From Bdellovibrionales bacterium (GTDB lineage Bacteria; Bdellovibrionota; Bdellovibrionia; Bdellovibrionales; UBA1609), in the NCBI GenBank assembly GCA_041690295.1, contig JAWLHR010000001.1, positions 160,001 through 224,000 of the forward strand: a DNA stretch of 64,000 nucleotides, in the 5' to 3' direction. Within the stretch, counting starts at the first letter, position 1; every line of letters begins with the position of its first letter. Position numbers and translations under genes: made by a program. The notes under the pieces were generated by a model, which ran no database searches, was not told where the DNA came from, and worked only from the letters and a program-made list of their open reading frames with translations. Positions 10,761-19,935 of the stretch are shown here, piece after piece.

Positions 10761-12878
10761 TTATTCCTTTATTCCTTCTACCATTAAAATAAACGCGAAC
10801 TGCTTAGCCAAGGTCTTTAGGGCCTCAAACCGGCCCGAAGCCCCGGAATGACCCGCGTCCATCTCAGTATAAAATAAGAGAAGGTTATTGTCGGTTTTTA
10901 ATTCACGCAGCTTCGCCACCCATTTGGCCGGCTCCCAATACTGGACCTGGGAATCATGGTAACCGGTGGTCACGAAAATATTCGGGTAGTCCTTGGCCTC
11001 GACGTTGTCATAAGGCGAGTACTGCCGCATGTACATGTATTGTTCCCGATTCCGCGGATCCCCCCATTCATTGTACTCGCCGGTTGTCAGCGGGATCGAT
11101 TCGTCCAACATGGTTGTGAGGACATCCACGAAAGGAACGGCCGCGTTCACACTTTTGGCCAGGTCAGGCCGCAGGTTCATGACCGCGCCCATCAATAAAC
11201 CGCCGGCGCTTCCGCCCATCATGTGCACGTGCTCGGCCGAGGTGTAACCGTCTTCGATCAATTTTTCCGTGGCGGCGATGAAGTCGGTGAAGGTGTTCAT
11301 TTTATGTTGCAACCGCCCCTGCTCGTACCAATCGCGGCCCATTTCCGAGCCGCCACGGATATGCGGTTGGGCATATACAAATCCCCGATCCACCAATGAA
11401 AAAATCGCGCTCCAGAAATTCACGGTGTTGCTGATGCCATAGGAGCCGTAACCGTAAATCAGGGCCGGATTTTTTCCGTTGAGAGGCGTCCCCTTCTTGA
11501 GCAATACGGAAATCGGAATCCGCGCGCCGTCTTTGGCCGTAGCCCACACGCGCCGGGCTTCGTATTTTGTTTTGTCGTAGCCGGGAACTTCTTTTTCTTT
11601 TTTCAGCTCACGTTCGCCGGTGGCGAAATCTTCGTCGTAAACCGCCGGCGGCTGCACGAAGGATTCGTAATAAAAGCGAAAATTCTTGCTTTCAAATTCG
11701 GGCAAATCGCCCATTTCGACCTCGTAGACCGGATCGGCAAAGGAAACCAGCCGCTGCGAACCGGTCGACCGGTCGAAAATGCGCAGCTGCGTGAGGCCGC
11801 TTTGGCGTTCGCTGACCACGAGATGGGTTTTGTAAGCGGACACACCCTCGCGGAAAATCAGTTCATCGTGGGCGATCACGTCCTTCCACTCGTTCTTACC
11901 GCGCGCATTAAAGGGCGCCTCCATAATCCGGAAGTTCTTGGCTTGCCAGTTGGTCAAAATGTAAAGGCGGTCGCCGCCGCTTTCGAGCGAGTATTCGTGG
12001 CCCATTTCGCGGGGAAGAAAAATCCGCCATTGCCCCTTGGGGTTATTGGCTTCCAAAATCCGCCATTCCGCCGAATCCCGCTTGGTGCTGGCGATAAAAA
12101 GATGTTTATGGTCCCGCGAGGCCGTCACCGCGACATTGAAGGTGGTGTCCGCTTCCTCGTAAACCAATTGGGGAACCTCACCGGTCCCCAGCTCATATCG
12201 ATAGACCTGGTAAGCACGCAGCGTTTCCGGGTCCTGCTTAACGAAAAACAAAGTCTTGTTATCCGCCGCCCACACAAAGTTCGGCGTCACGGCCTGAATG
12301 CGGTCGGCTAATTTCCGGTCACTATCCATGTCTTTGATGTGTATGTCGTAGATCCGCCGCCCCACCGTGTCCACGGCGTAAGCCAAAAGCCGGTGATCGG
12401 GCGAGGGCGCCGCCTCGCCGACCTGGAAATAAGCGTGCCCTTTGGCTTCCACGTTTTCGTCAAGGATCACCTGCTCTTTGGCATCAAGCGATCCGGCCTT
12501 ACGAACATGAATGGGATACTCCTGACCCTTAGCGAAGCGGTAGTAGTAGTAATAAGGGCCGTCTTTGACCGGAACCGAATCGTCATCTTCTTTGATTCGC
12601 GAGCGCATTTCCCAGTACAGCTTTTGCTCAAGGTCACGCACGGGCGCCAAAGCCTGCGCCACGCGCTCATTTTCCTGGCGAAGATACTCTAAAACCGGTT
12701 CTGAATCCCGCTCGCGCATCCAAAAGTAGTTGTCGATCCGTTTGTCGCCATGAATCTCAAGAACATGCGGGCGTTTCATTGCCGGTTTGAACATGATTTC
12801 CGATCCTTTCCTATGGCTCAGAAGAAAGCCAAAAATGATTCCAACGATGAGAAGGAAAATGAGCTTTTTTGAAGTCAC
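10761..12878 (-). CDS. ptrB: Oligopeptidase B (S9A)
   Basis: DNYFWMR, YGYGSYG, GGSAGG, EYNEWGDP, HDSQVQYWEPAKW, AGH. Confidence 0.93.
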   Translation of the reverse strand: MTSKKLIFLLIVGIIFGFLLSHRKGSEIMFKPAMKRPHVLEIHGDKRIDNYFWMRERDSEPVLEYLRQENERVAQALAPVRDLEQKLYWEMRSRIKEDDDSVPVKDGPYYYYYRFAKGQEYPIHVRKAGSLDAKEQVILDENVEAKGHAYFQVGEAAPSPDHRLLAYAVDTVGRRIYDIHIKDMDSDRKLADRIQAVTPNFVWAADNKTLFFVKQDPETLRAYQVYRYELGTGEVPQLVYEEADTTFNVAVTASRDHKHLFIASTKRDSAEWRILEANNPKGQWRIFLPREMGHEYSLESGGDRLYILTNWQAKNFRIMEAPFNARGKNEWKDVIAHDELIFREGVSAYKTHLVVSERQSGLTQLRIFDRSTGSQRLVSFADPVYEVEMGDLPEFESKNFRFYYESFVQPPAVYDEDFATGERELKKEKEVPGYDKTKYEARRVWATAKDGARIPISVLLKKGTPLNGKNPALIYGYGSYGISNTVNFWSAIFSLVDRGFVYAQPHIRGGSEMGRDWYEQGRLQHKMNTFTDFIAATEKLIEDGYTSAEHVHMMGGSAGGLLMGAVMNLRPDLAKSVNAAVPFVDVLTTMLDESIPLTTGEYNEWGDPRNREQYMYMRQYSPYDNVEAKDYPNIFVTTGYHDSQVQYWEPAKWVAKLRELKTDNNLLLFYTEMDAGHSGASGRFEALKTLAKQFAFILMVEGIKE

Positions 12879-12955
12879 TCGGGCCGATCCTCGTGGTTCC
12901 CGAATTTTAAGTCAATTTGTTGACTCCTAGCATCGCGTCCTATATTCCCGAGCCA

Positions 12956-15376
12956 ATGTCATACCCTCATCTTGAAATCGATCAGAAGTGGCAACTCGCT
13001 TGGGAAAAGTCCGAATGCTTTAAAGCATCCGACGATACCAGCAAACCGAAATACTACGTCTTGGACATGTTCCCTTACCCGTCGGGCGCGGGTCTTCACA
13101 TCGGGCATGTCGCCTCGTACACGCCAACGGATATCGTGGCCCGCTATAAGCGCGCCCAAGGATTCAACGTCCTTCACCCGATGGGCTACGATGCGTTCGG
13201 ATTGCCCGCCGAGCAGTACGCCATTCAAACCGGCATTCATCCGGCGGAAACGACGAACAAGGCGATCACCAATTTTCGCCGCCAGTTGAAATCGTTCGGC
13301 TACAGTTTCGACTGGAGCCGCGAGATCTCCACCTGTGAACCCGAATACTACAAATGGACCCAGTATCTGTTTTTGAAACTCTTCGAGCGCGGCTTGGTTT
13401 ATGAAAAAGAAGCGCCGGTGAATTGGTGCCCCGCCTTGCGGACGGTTCTGGCCAATGACGAAGTGATCGACGGAAAAAGCGAACGGGGCGGCCACCCCGT
13501 GTACCGCGTGCCCATGAAACAGTGGATGATCAAGATCACCGCCTACGCCGAACGCTTACTTGAAGGTTTGGATCGTTTGGACTGGCCGGAACGCACCAAA
13601 GAGGGGCAGCGGAATTGGATCGGCAAAAGCGAAGGCGCGGAGATCCGCTTTCCCATTGAAAACCGTAACGAAAAACTCGAGGTCTTCACCACCCGTCCGG
13701 ACACGATCTTTGGCGCGACATTCATGGTCCTTGCGCCTGAACACCCGCTGGTCAGTCAGATCACCGTCCCCGAACAGAAGAAAGCGGTCACGGAGTATGT
13801 GGAACGCTCCTCGCGTAAGAGCGAAGTGGATCGCAAAGCCGCCACTGAAAAAACCGGCGTTTTCACGGGCGCCTACGCTCTCAACCCGATGCTGCCGGCC
13901 AACGACGCCAAGGCCCGAATTCCGATTTGGGTGGCCGATTACGTTCTCATGGATTACGGATCCGGCGCCATCATGGCGGTTCCCGGTCATGACGAACGGG
14001 ATTTCGCCTTCGCCAAGGCGTTCAATCTGCCGGTTCTCCGGGTCATCGAGAGCCAAGAAGATCTGCCCTATGAAGGCGACGGCAAGTTGGTGAACTCGGA
14101 ATTTCTTAACGGGCTGAATAAGGCCGAAGCCATCGCCAAGATGATCGAGGAACTCGAACGGCGCGAACTCGGGCGGCGCAAAGTTCAGTACAAACTGCGC
14201 GATTGGTTGTTTTCGCGCCAAAGATACTGGGGTGAGCCCTTTCCCCTGGTGCGGATGGAAAAATCCGGCCTTAAGGGCGTTTCCGAAGATGAACTCCCCG
14301 TCCTGCTGCCGCCGGTGGCCGATTATCAGCCGAGTGAAAAAGGTGAGCCGCCGCTCGCCCGGGTGAAGGAATTCGTCGAGTACGTCGATCCGAAAACCGG
14401 CGAACGCGGTGAGCGCGTGACCGACACCATGCCGGGTTCGGCGGGGTCGTCCTGGTATTTCCTGCGCTACGTGGACCCGCGAAACGACAAAAAACCCTTC
14501 GACTTCGAGCTGCAAAAGTATTGGATGCCGGTTGATCTCTACGTCGGCGGACCCGAACACACGGTGGGGCATTTGCTCTATGCGCGGTTCTGGCAAAAAG
14601 TTTTGTACGATGCGGGATTGGTGAGCCATGACGAGCCTTTCATGAAACTGGCCCACCAAGGCACCATCATGGGGCCGGACGGCCAACGCATGTCCAAATC
14701 ACGCGGGAACGTCGTCAATCCTGACGACGTGCGGGAAAATTACGGCAGTGATGCGCTTCGCATGTACATCTGCTTTCTCGGCCCCTTTGACAAAGACAAG
14801 CCCTGGAATCCAGCCGGCATCACCGGTGTGCGTCGCTTTCTGGAGCGGGTTTGGCGTTTGGTGGTGGCCGACGACGGCTCCACCCAGAAATTCGATGACG
14901 GCGCGGTTCCTGAAGAATTGAACCGACAGCTCCATAAAACCATCAAAAAAGTCGGCGAACACATTGAGAGCATGAATTTCAATACGGCCATCGCGGCCAT
15001 GATGGAATTGGTGAACGCGATTTACGAAACCGGAAACCGGTCCAAAGCGATTCTCCGGCCGCTTTGCCAGATTCTCGCGCCCTTCGGCCCACATATCGCT
15101 GAAGAACTGTGGGAACGCCTGGGAGAAAAAGGGTTCGTGTCGCTCGCGCCCTGGCCGAAATACGATCCGGCGCTGATCACGGAAGACGAAGTCACGATCG
15201 GCGTACAGGTCAACGGCAAGACTCGCGGTGACATCACGATCCCCAAAGAAGCCTCGGAAGAGGTGGCCCTCAATGCCGCCAAAAAAATTAACGCTGTGAA
15301 GAACGCTTTGGATGGAAAAACAGTTGCAAAGGTGATCTATAAGCCCGGTAAGATTCTTAACATTATTGTTAAGTGA
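12956..15376 (+). CDS. leuS: Leucine--tRNA ligase
   Basis: MFPYPSG, HIGH, FTTRPDT, SRQRYWG, RMSKS, QVNGK. Confidence 0.98.
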   Translation: MSYPHLEIDQKWQLAWEKSECFKASDDTSKPKYYVLDMFPYPSGAGLHIGHVASYTPTDIVARYKRAQGFNVLHPMGYDAFGLPAEQYAIQTGIHPAETTNKAITNFRRQLKSFGYSFDWSREISTCEPEYYKWTQYLFLKLFERGLVYEKEAPVNWCPALRTVLANDEVIDGKSERGGHPVYRVPMKQWMIKITAYAERLLEGLDRLDWPERTKEGQRNWIGKSEGAEIRFPIENRNEKLEVFTTRPDTIFGATFMVLAPEHPLVSQITVPEQKKAVTEYVERSSRKSEVDRKAATEKTGVFTGAYALNPMLPANDAKARIPIWVADYVLMDYGSGAIMAVPGHDERDFAFAKAFNLPVLRVIESQEDLPYEGDGKLVNSEFLNGLNKAEAIAKMIEELERRELGRRKVQYKLRDWLFSRQRYWGEPFPLVRMEKSGLKGVSEDELPVLLPPVADYQPSEKGEPPLARVKEFVEYVDPKTGERGERVTDTMPGSAGSSWYFLRYVDPRNDKKPFDFELQKYWMPVDLYVGGPEHTVGHLLYARFWQKVLYDAGLVSHDEPFMKLAHQGTIMGPDGQRMSKSRGNVVNPDDVRENYGSDALRMYICFLGPFDKDKPWNPAGITGVRRFLERVWRLVVADDGSTQKFDDGAVPEELNRQLHKTIKKVGEHIESMNFNTAIAAMMELVNAIYETGNRSKAILRPLCQILAPFGPHIAEELWERLGEKGFVSLAPWPKYDPALITEDEVTIGVQVNGKTRGDITIPKEASEEVALNAAKKINAVKNALDGKTVAKVIYKPGKILNIIVK

Positions 15377-15385
15377 GGAAAGCGT

Positions 15386-17386
15386 ATGAGCGATTGGAAC
15401 ACGCGAAAATCGGCGGAACTCTACGGGATCAATTATTGGGGGGCCAACTTTTTTCGCATCAATGATCAGGGCAACGTTGAAGTCAGACCCAATGATAAGG
15501 TTCCGGGCCTTGATCTTTATTCGCTCGTGCAAGACTTGCAGGAACGAGGCATCCGTTTACCCATCCTCTTGCGTTTTCCCGACATCATCAAATCGCGCAT
15601 CGAATTGTTGGCCGGCTGTTTCGCGCGCGCCATTGAAGAGGCCAAATACAACGGAGTCTACAAAGGCGTCTATCCCATCAAGGTCAATCAGCAAAAACAT
15701 CTGGTCGAAGAGATTTTGGATTTCGGCAAGCAGTACAATTTCGGCCTTGAAGCCGGCAGCAAGCCGGAGTTGCTCATTTCGCTCGCGCAGATGGACTCGC
15801 CGAACGCGTTGATCGTCTGTAACGGGTTTAAGGATCTGGAATACATCGAAATGGCTCTGATCTCGCAGAAACTGGGCCGCAACACCATTATCGTGGTGGA
15901 CCGGTTCACTGAATTGCCGATGATCATCAGCGCCTCAAAACGCCTGAACATCGAGCCGCGGATCGGATTCCGGGTCAAATTGAACACGCCGAGCAGCGGC
16001 CGTTGGGCCGAAACTTCCGGAGCGAAGTCGAAATTCGGTCTGACTCCGTCGGAGATCGTGCGTGGCGTGGAAATCCTGCGCGCCGAAAACATGCTCAATT
16101 GTCTCCAGCTGATTCACTTCCATATCGGCTCGCAAATTCCCTCGATTCAGGCCATCAAGGCCGCGATCAAGGAAGGGGCGCGTTTTTACGCCGAAGTTTA
16201 CGCCATGGGCGCCACCAATTTGCAATTCATCGACGTCGGCGGCGGTTTGGGCGTGGACTACGACGGATCAGGCCGCTCCGACAGCTCGACAAACTACAGT
16301 GAACAGGAATACGCCAACGATATCGTGGCGATTCTTCAATCCATCTGTGACGAAAAGAAAATTCCCCACCCGGACATCATCTCCGAGTCGGGACGCGCGC
16401 TGGTGGCCCACTCCACCGCTCTCATATTCGACGTCCTTGGACATAACGAAATCACCATGAACGGCTACTCGTTGACCAATCCGGAAAAAGAATCCCGGCT
16501 GGTTCAGGACCTCTATGAAATTTATCGGTCCGTGAACAAGGACAACGTGAACGAGTATTACAACGATTTGGTGGAAAAGAAGCGCGATACGCTTCAACTC
16601 TTTACCTATGGAGTATTGAGCCTCGAACAGCGGGCCAAGGCGGAAGACCTTTTCCGCGCCATCGCCACGAAGATCGTCAGCATCGCGCGTGAAAACAGTG
16701 ATGAACTGGAAGATATCCGCTACGCCCTTGAGCAGGAGCTTTCGGACACCTACTTCTGTAACTTCTCGGTGTTCCAGTCCTTGCCGGACGCTTGGGCCCT
16801 GGATCAGCTCTTCCCGATCATTCCGATTCACCGTTTAAATGAGCGGCCGGACCGGCGCGCCGTTCTGGTGGACCTGACTTGTGATTCCGACGGACATATC
16901 GACAATTTCATCGATATCGAAAGCGGCGGCGCCCAGAAGTACCTCGAAGTTCATGCCCTAGAGCCCGGAAACCCCTACTACATTGGGGCGTTCCTGACCG
17001 GCGCTTATCAAGAGATTTTGGGTGATTTGCACAACCTTTTCGGTGACACCGATGCCGTGCATATTTCTATTACCGAAGATGGCGGCTATCACATTGATCA
17101 TGTGGTCGAAGGGGATGAGGTTAAGGAAGTCTTGCAATATGTTGAATACAACCGCTCGGATCTACTCGAACGCATCCGCAAGGCCACGGAAACCAGCATT
17201 TTGAAAGGCACGATTTCACGTTCGGAGGCCCGGCTTTTGCTGGAGCATTACGAACGCGGGCTCTCGAGCTACACGTATTTGACGGAAGAATCCGCCATGC
17301 CTTTCATGCCGCAACGAAAGGAGTTGTCGAATGGCACAAATGCAACGAACGGAATCAGTGGGGCCGATCAGCCAGTTCATCAGTAA
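15386..17386 (+). CDS. speA: Biosynthetic arginine decarboxylase
   Basis: VYPIKVNQ (PLP Lys), GLEAGSKPEL, HFHIGSQ, DLTCDSDG, GAYQEILG. Confidence 0.96.
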   Translation: MSDWNTRKSAELYGINYWGANFFRINDQGNVEVRPNDKVPGLDLYSLVQDLQERGIRLPILLRFPDIIKSRIELLAGCFARAIEEAKYNGVYKGVYPIKVNQQKHLVEEILDFGKQYNFGLEAGSKPELLISLAQMDSPNALIVCNGFKDLEYIEMALISQKLGRNTIIVVDRFTELPMIISASKRLNIEPRIGFRVKLNTPSSGRWAETSGAKSKFGLTPSEIVRGVEILRAENMLNCLQLIHFHIGSQIPSIQAIKAAIKEGARFYAEVYAMGATNLQFIDVGGGLGVDYDGSGRSDSSTNYSEQEYANDIVAILQSICDEKKIPHPDIISESGRALVAHSTALIFDVLGHNEITMNGYSLTNPEKESRLVQDLYEIYRSVNKDNVNEYYNDLVEKKRDTLQLFTYGVLSLEQRAKAEDLFRAIATKIVSIARENSDELEDIRYALEQELSDTYFCNFSVFQSLPDAWALDQLFPIIPIHRLNERPDRRAVLVDLTCDSDGHIDNFIDIESGGAQKYLEVHALEPGNPYYIGAFLTGAYQEILGDLHNLFGDTDAVHISITEDGGYHIDHVVEGDEVKEVLQYVEYNRSDLLERIRKATETSILKGTISRSEARLLLEHYERGLSSYTYLTEESAMPFMPQRKELSNGTNATNGISGADQPVHQ

Positions 17387-18323
17387 GCATTTCTTGCACT
17401 TCAATGCCGCGAGCCTGAAGGATGCGGCCGAAGCCTATCGTTTCCATGTGGAAAACGGCGGAAAAATGATGGTCACCTTGGCCGGAGCCATGAGCACGGC
17501 CGAGCTCGGAATTTCGCTCGCCGAAATGATCCGGCAGGATAAAATTCATGCTATCACCTGCACCGGAGCGAATCTTGAAGAAGACGTTTTCAACCTTGTG
17601 GCTCATGAAGACTATGTGCGCGTGCCGAACTGGCGCGAATTAACCGCCAAAGATGAAATGGCCCTTCTTGAGCGCCACCTGAACCGGGTGACAGACACCT
17701 GCATTCCCGAAGAGCAGGCCATTCGCCGGATTGAGAAATACGTGTTGGAAAAATGGGACAAAGCCTCCAAAGCCGGCGAATCCTATTTTCCGCATGAGTA
17801 CCTTTACCAGATCTTCGCGGACGGCTCTTTGGAAAAGCATTATCAGATCGATCCCAAGAACTCTTGGCTTCTGGCCGCTTATGAAAAGAATCTGCCGATT
17901 TTCGTTCCGGGCTGGGAAGATTCCACCTTGGGCAACATTTTCGCCGGCCGGCTGATGCAAAACAGAGTCAATGCGGCTTGCATGAAAACTGGAATCCATT
18001 ACATGGCGGCTCTGGCGGATTGGTACACGAAATCCATTAATAAGCAGGGTATTGGATTTTTCCAAATCGCCGGCGGCATCGCCGGTGACTTCCCGATTTG
18101 TGTCGTGCCTCTCCTTGAACAGGATTTGGCGCGACCAACGCCGAAATGGGCGTACTTCTGCCAAATCAGCGACTCGACCACGTCCTACGGTAGCTATTCG
18201 GGCGCGGTTCCCAACGAGAAGATCACCTGGGGAAAACTGGATCTCGATTCCAAGAAGTTCATCATTGAATCGGATGCGTCCATCGTGGCGCCGCTGATCT
18301 TCGCTTACGTTCTCCGCCACTGA
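17331..18323 (+). CDS. Deoxyhypusine synthase-like protein (bacterial homospermidine-pathway enzyme)
   Basis: LAGAMSTA, TGANLEED, GGGIAGDF-like AGGIAGDF, SYSGAVPNEKITWGK; SD AAGGAG at 17318-23 inside speA. Confidence 0.92.
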   Translation: MAQMQRTESVGPISQFISKHFLHFNAASLKDAAEAYRFHVENGGKMMVTLAGAMSTAELGISLAEMIRQDKIHAITCTGANLEEDVFNLVAHEDYVRVPNWRELTAKDEMALLERHLNRVTDTCIPEEQAIRRIEKYVLEKWDKASKAGESYFPHEYLYQIFADGSLEKHYQIDPKNSWLLAAYEKNLPIFVPGWEDSTLGNIFAGRLMQNRVNAACMKTGIHYMAALADWYTKSINKQGIGFFQIAGGIAGDFPICVVPLLEQDLARPTPKWAYFCQISDSTTSYGSYSGAVPNEKITWGKLDLDSKKFIIESDASIVAPLIFAYVLRH

Positions 18324-18406
18324 CAATATTCGGCCTGATCCGCGTGCCGCGGATCGGCCAAGTCTCATTTAAACCGGGCAGGCCCTCAATTAAGAGGGCG
18401 CTTGCT

Positions 18407-18422
18407 TGGCAGCGAAACTGCA
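18407..18422 (+). promoter_or_regulatory. Sigma54 (-24/-12) promoter candidate
   Basis: TGGCAGCGAAACTGCA: GG(18408-09)-N10-GC(18420-21), about 30 nt upstream of ATG 18453. Confidence 0.5.
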
Positions 18423-18452
18423 CTCCAAGTCCGGGTTCAGGGACTTGGCCGC

Positions 18453-19343
18453 ATGCTAAAAACACTTTGGATTCCCTTCGCGATCTTCTTCGGGAGCGCC
18501 TCGTGGGCGCACTCTCGGGCCGGTGTGTGTGAGAGCTATCTTAGTTTTCCGGTACAAATCAGTCTCAAAGCCAATGCCCGAATCATCAACGACAACGACT
18601 TTACCGTGACTCGTCCATTGAAGGAATTGAAGACCTTACTGCCCGATGTTTTCGGCGCCTACTTGATCGATATCCAAATCGGGGGCACGTGGGTCGACGC
18701 GGGCGCCGGGCTCGCGCAGGCGCAAATTGATTTCTATGAACTCCACCGATCAAGCATTGAAACCATGGGCAGTCGCTTGATCGCCATCACCGCCACCCGC
18801 CCGCGAAGAGCTTCGGATCAGGTCCTGCGGCGAAGTTATCGAACCGCTTTTCAAAGAGCGTCCGATCGCCTGGATCATATGCTTGAGTTGGACCGTCCCT
18901 CCTTTCGCTACATGGAGGGGCGTTACATCGAGGACATCCCCACACATGAAATCGCCAACCCGGGCAGCGTCAGCCTTATCACGGATGTTTTTGGCCCTCT
19001 CAGCTATTCGCCCAGAATTGATCGCGTGCTTCGGGTTTATGCCGAAGCTTTGAAACCCGGTGGCGCGGTTTTCGTCCACATGAATAACCTAAATAGGGTT
19101 ATCGGTCCGGATAAACGAGTCATGTCCATCCCCGGGTTCATCAAATATTACTGTCGCGGGCTCGAGGTCCGTAATTATCCTGGCCGCTTTTGGTACCTGG
19201 TGCGCAATCACGATGAAATTTCAATACCGGCATTGGATTTGGAGCATTTACGCCCCGGCCGACCGCCAACTCGAAAATTTAGAATCCGATCGACGAACGC
19301 GACGAGTAACGATGCGAGCCATTTATTGAGAACCAACCCGTAA
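18453..19343 (+). CDS. Exported class I SAM-dependent methyltransferase-like protein
   Basis: Signal peptide ending SWA; WVDAGAG motif I, LITDVFG, ALKPGG. Confidence 0.6.
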   Translation: MLKTLWIPFAIFFGSASWAHSRAGVCESYLSFPVQISLKANARIINDNDFTVTRPLKELKTLLPDVFGAYLIDIQIGGTWVDAGAGLAQAQIDFYELHRSSIETMGSRLIAITATRPRRASDQVLRRSYRTAFQRASDRLDHMLELDRPSFRYMEGRYIEDIPTHEIANPGSVSLITDVFGPLSYSPRIDRVLRVYAEALKPGGAVFVHMNNLNRVIGPDKRVMSIPGFIKYYCRGLEVRNYPGRFWYLVRNHDEISIPALDLEHLRPGRPPTRKFRIRSTNATSNDASHLLRTNP

Positions 19344-19363
19344 GTGCGATATGGGGTGAGGCA

Positions 19364-19822
19364 ATGAAAAAATTGATGTTGGCTCTGGTGATGATGTCGC
19401 CTTCGATCGTTATGGCTGGGTTGGAACGAGTCAAAAGCGAATCCGTTTACTCCGCGGTCAAAGCCTGCGTTGAGGCGGCCGACCGAAATTGCAAATTTCA
19501 CTTTCAAGTGAGCCGGGGCGTGAGCCGCCGCGAAGTTTGTCGCGCCGGCCGCAGTATCCATTCCTGTCACCTTGTTGATAAAGCGGTGGATATCTTCAGC
19601 AGCGAAGCTTGCATGGACCAGGTCGCCAATTGTTTGCGTGGAAGTTGGTCCACCCTTTATTGCTACAAAGATTGGGGCATCGGTGGATTTCTCGATTATA
19701 TGGAGTGGGGCTGCAGCGCCAATTCCCATCGCAACCATATCCATGTGCAACCGGCCTTCGGCTGTAAAAAAGCCGTGCGCCGCCTGTTGAAAGAACACGG
19801 TATTCGCTGCGGCCGAAACTGA
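19364..19822 (+). CDS. Small secreted Cys-rich protein with LAS/M15-type Zn-peptidase motifs
   Basis: Signal peptide, 10 Cys, SCHLVDKAVD (H-x6-D) and HRNHIH (HxH). Confidence 0.6.
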   Translation: MKKLMLALVMMSPSIVMAGLERVKSESVYSAVKACVEAADRNCKFHFQVSRGVSRREVCRAGRSIHSCHLVDKAVDIFSSEACMDQVANCLRGSWSTLYCYKDWGIGGFLDYMEWGCSANSHRNHIHVQPAFGCKKAVRRLLKEHGIRCGRN

Positions 19823-19864
19823 TCTCATTACGCTTTCAATTAGTTTGCGGACTGATTTTCACTT

Positions 19865-19885
19865 AATTGAAATCCATTCTCAATT
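19865..19885 (+). promoter_or_regulatory. Fur-box-like operator
   Basis: AATTGA-N9-TCAATT inverted repeat; core TGAAATC-C-ATTCTCA matches 10/14 of the 7-1-7 TGATAAT-N-ATTATCA motif; 50 nt upstream of iron-uptake genes. Confidence 0.6.
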
Positions 19886-19935
19886 CTAGACTCCAGGCGA
19901 CCAGGCGAGCATATTAGGCCGCACGGAGGATAATT

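Noticed and set aside
13556..14686. Long antisense ORFs (for example 376 aa opposite leuS, 321 aa at 34489-35454, 301 aa at 28866-29771, 270 aa at 32472-33284)
   Set aside because: They lie opposite well-supported genes, show no motifs, and are typical codon-bias shadow frames
14686..14702. RMSKS instead of KMSKS in LeuS
   Set aside because: Conservative change at the variable first position; the catalytic second Lys is intact
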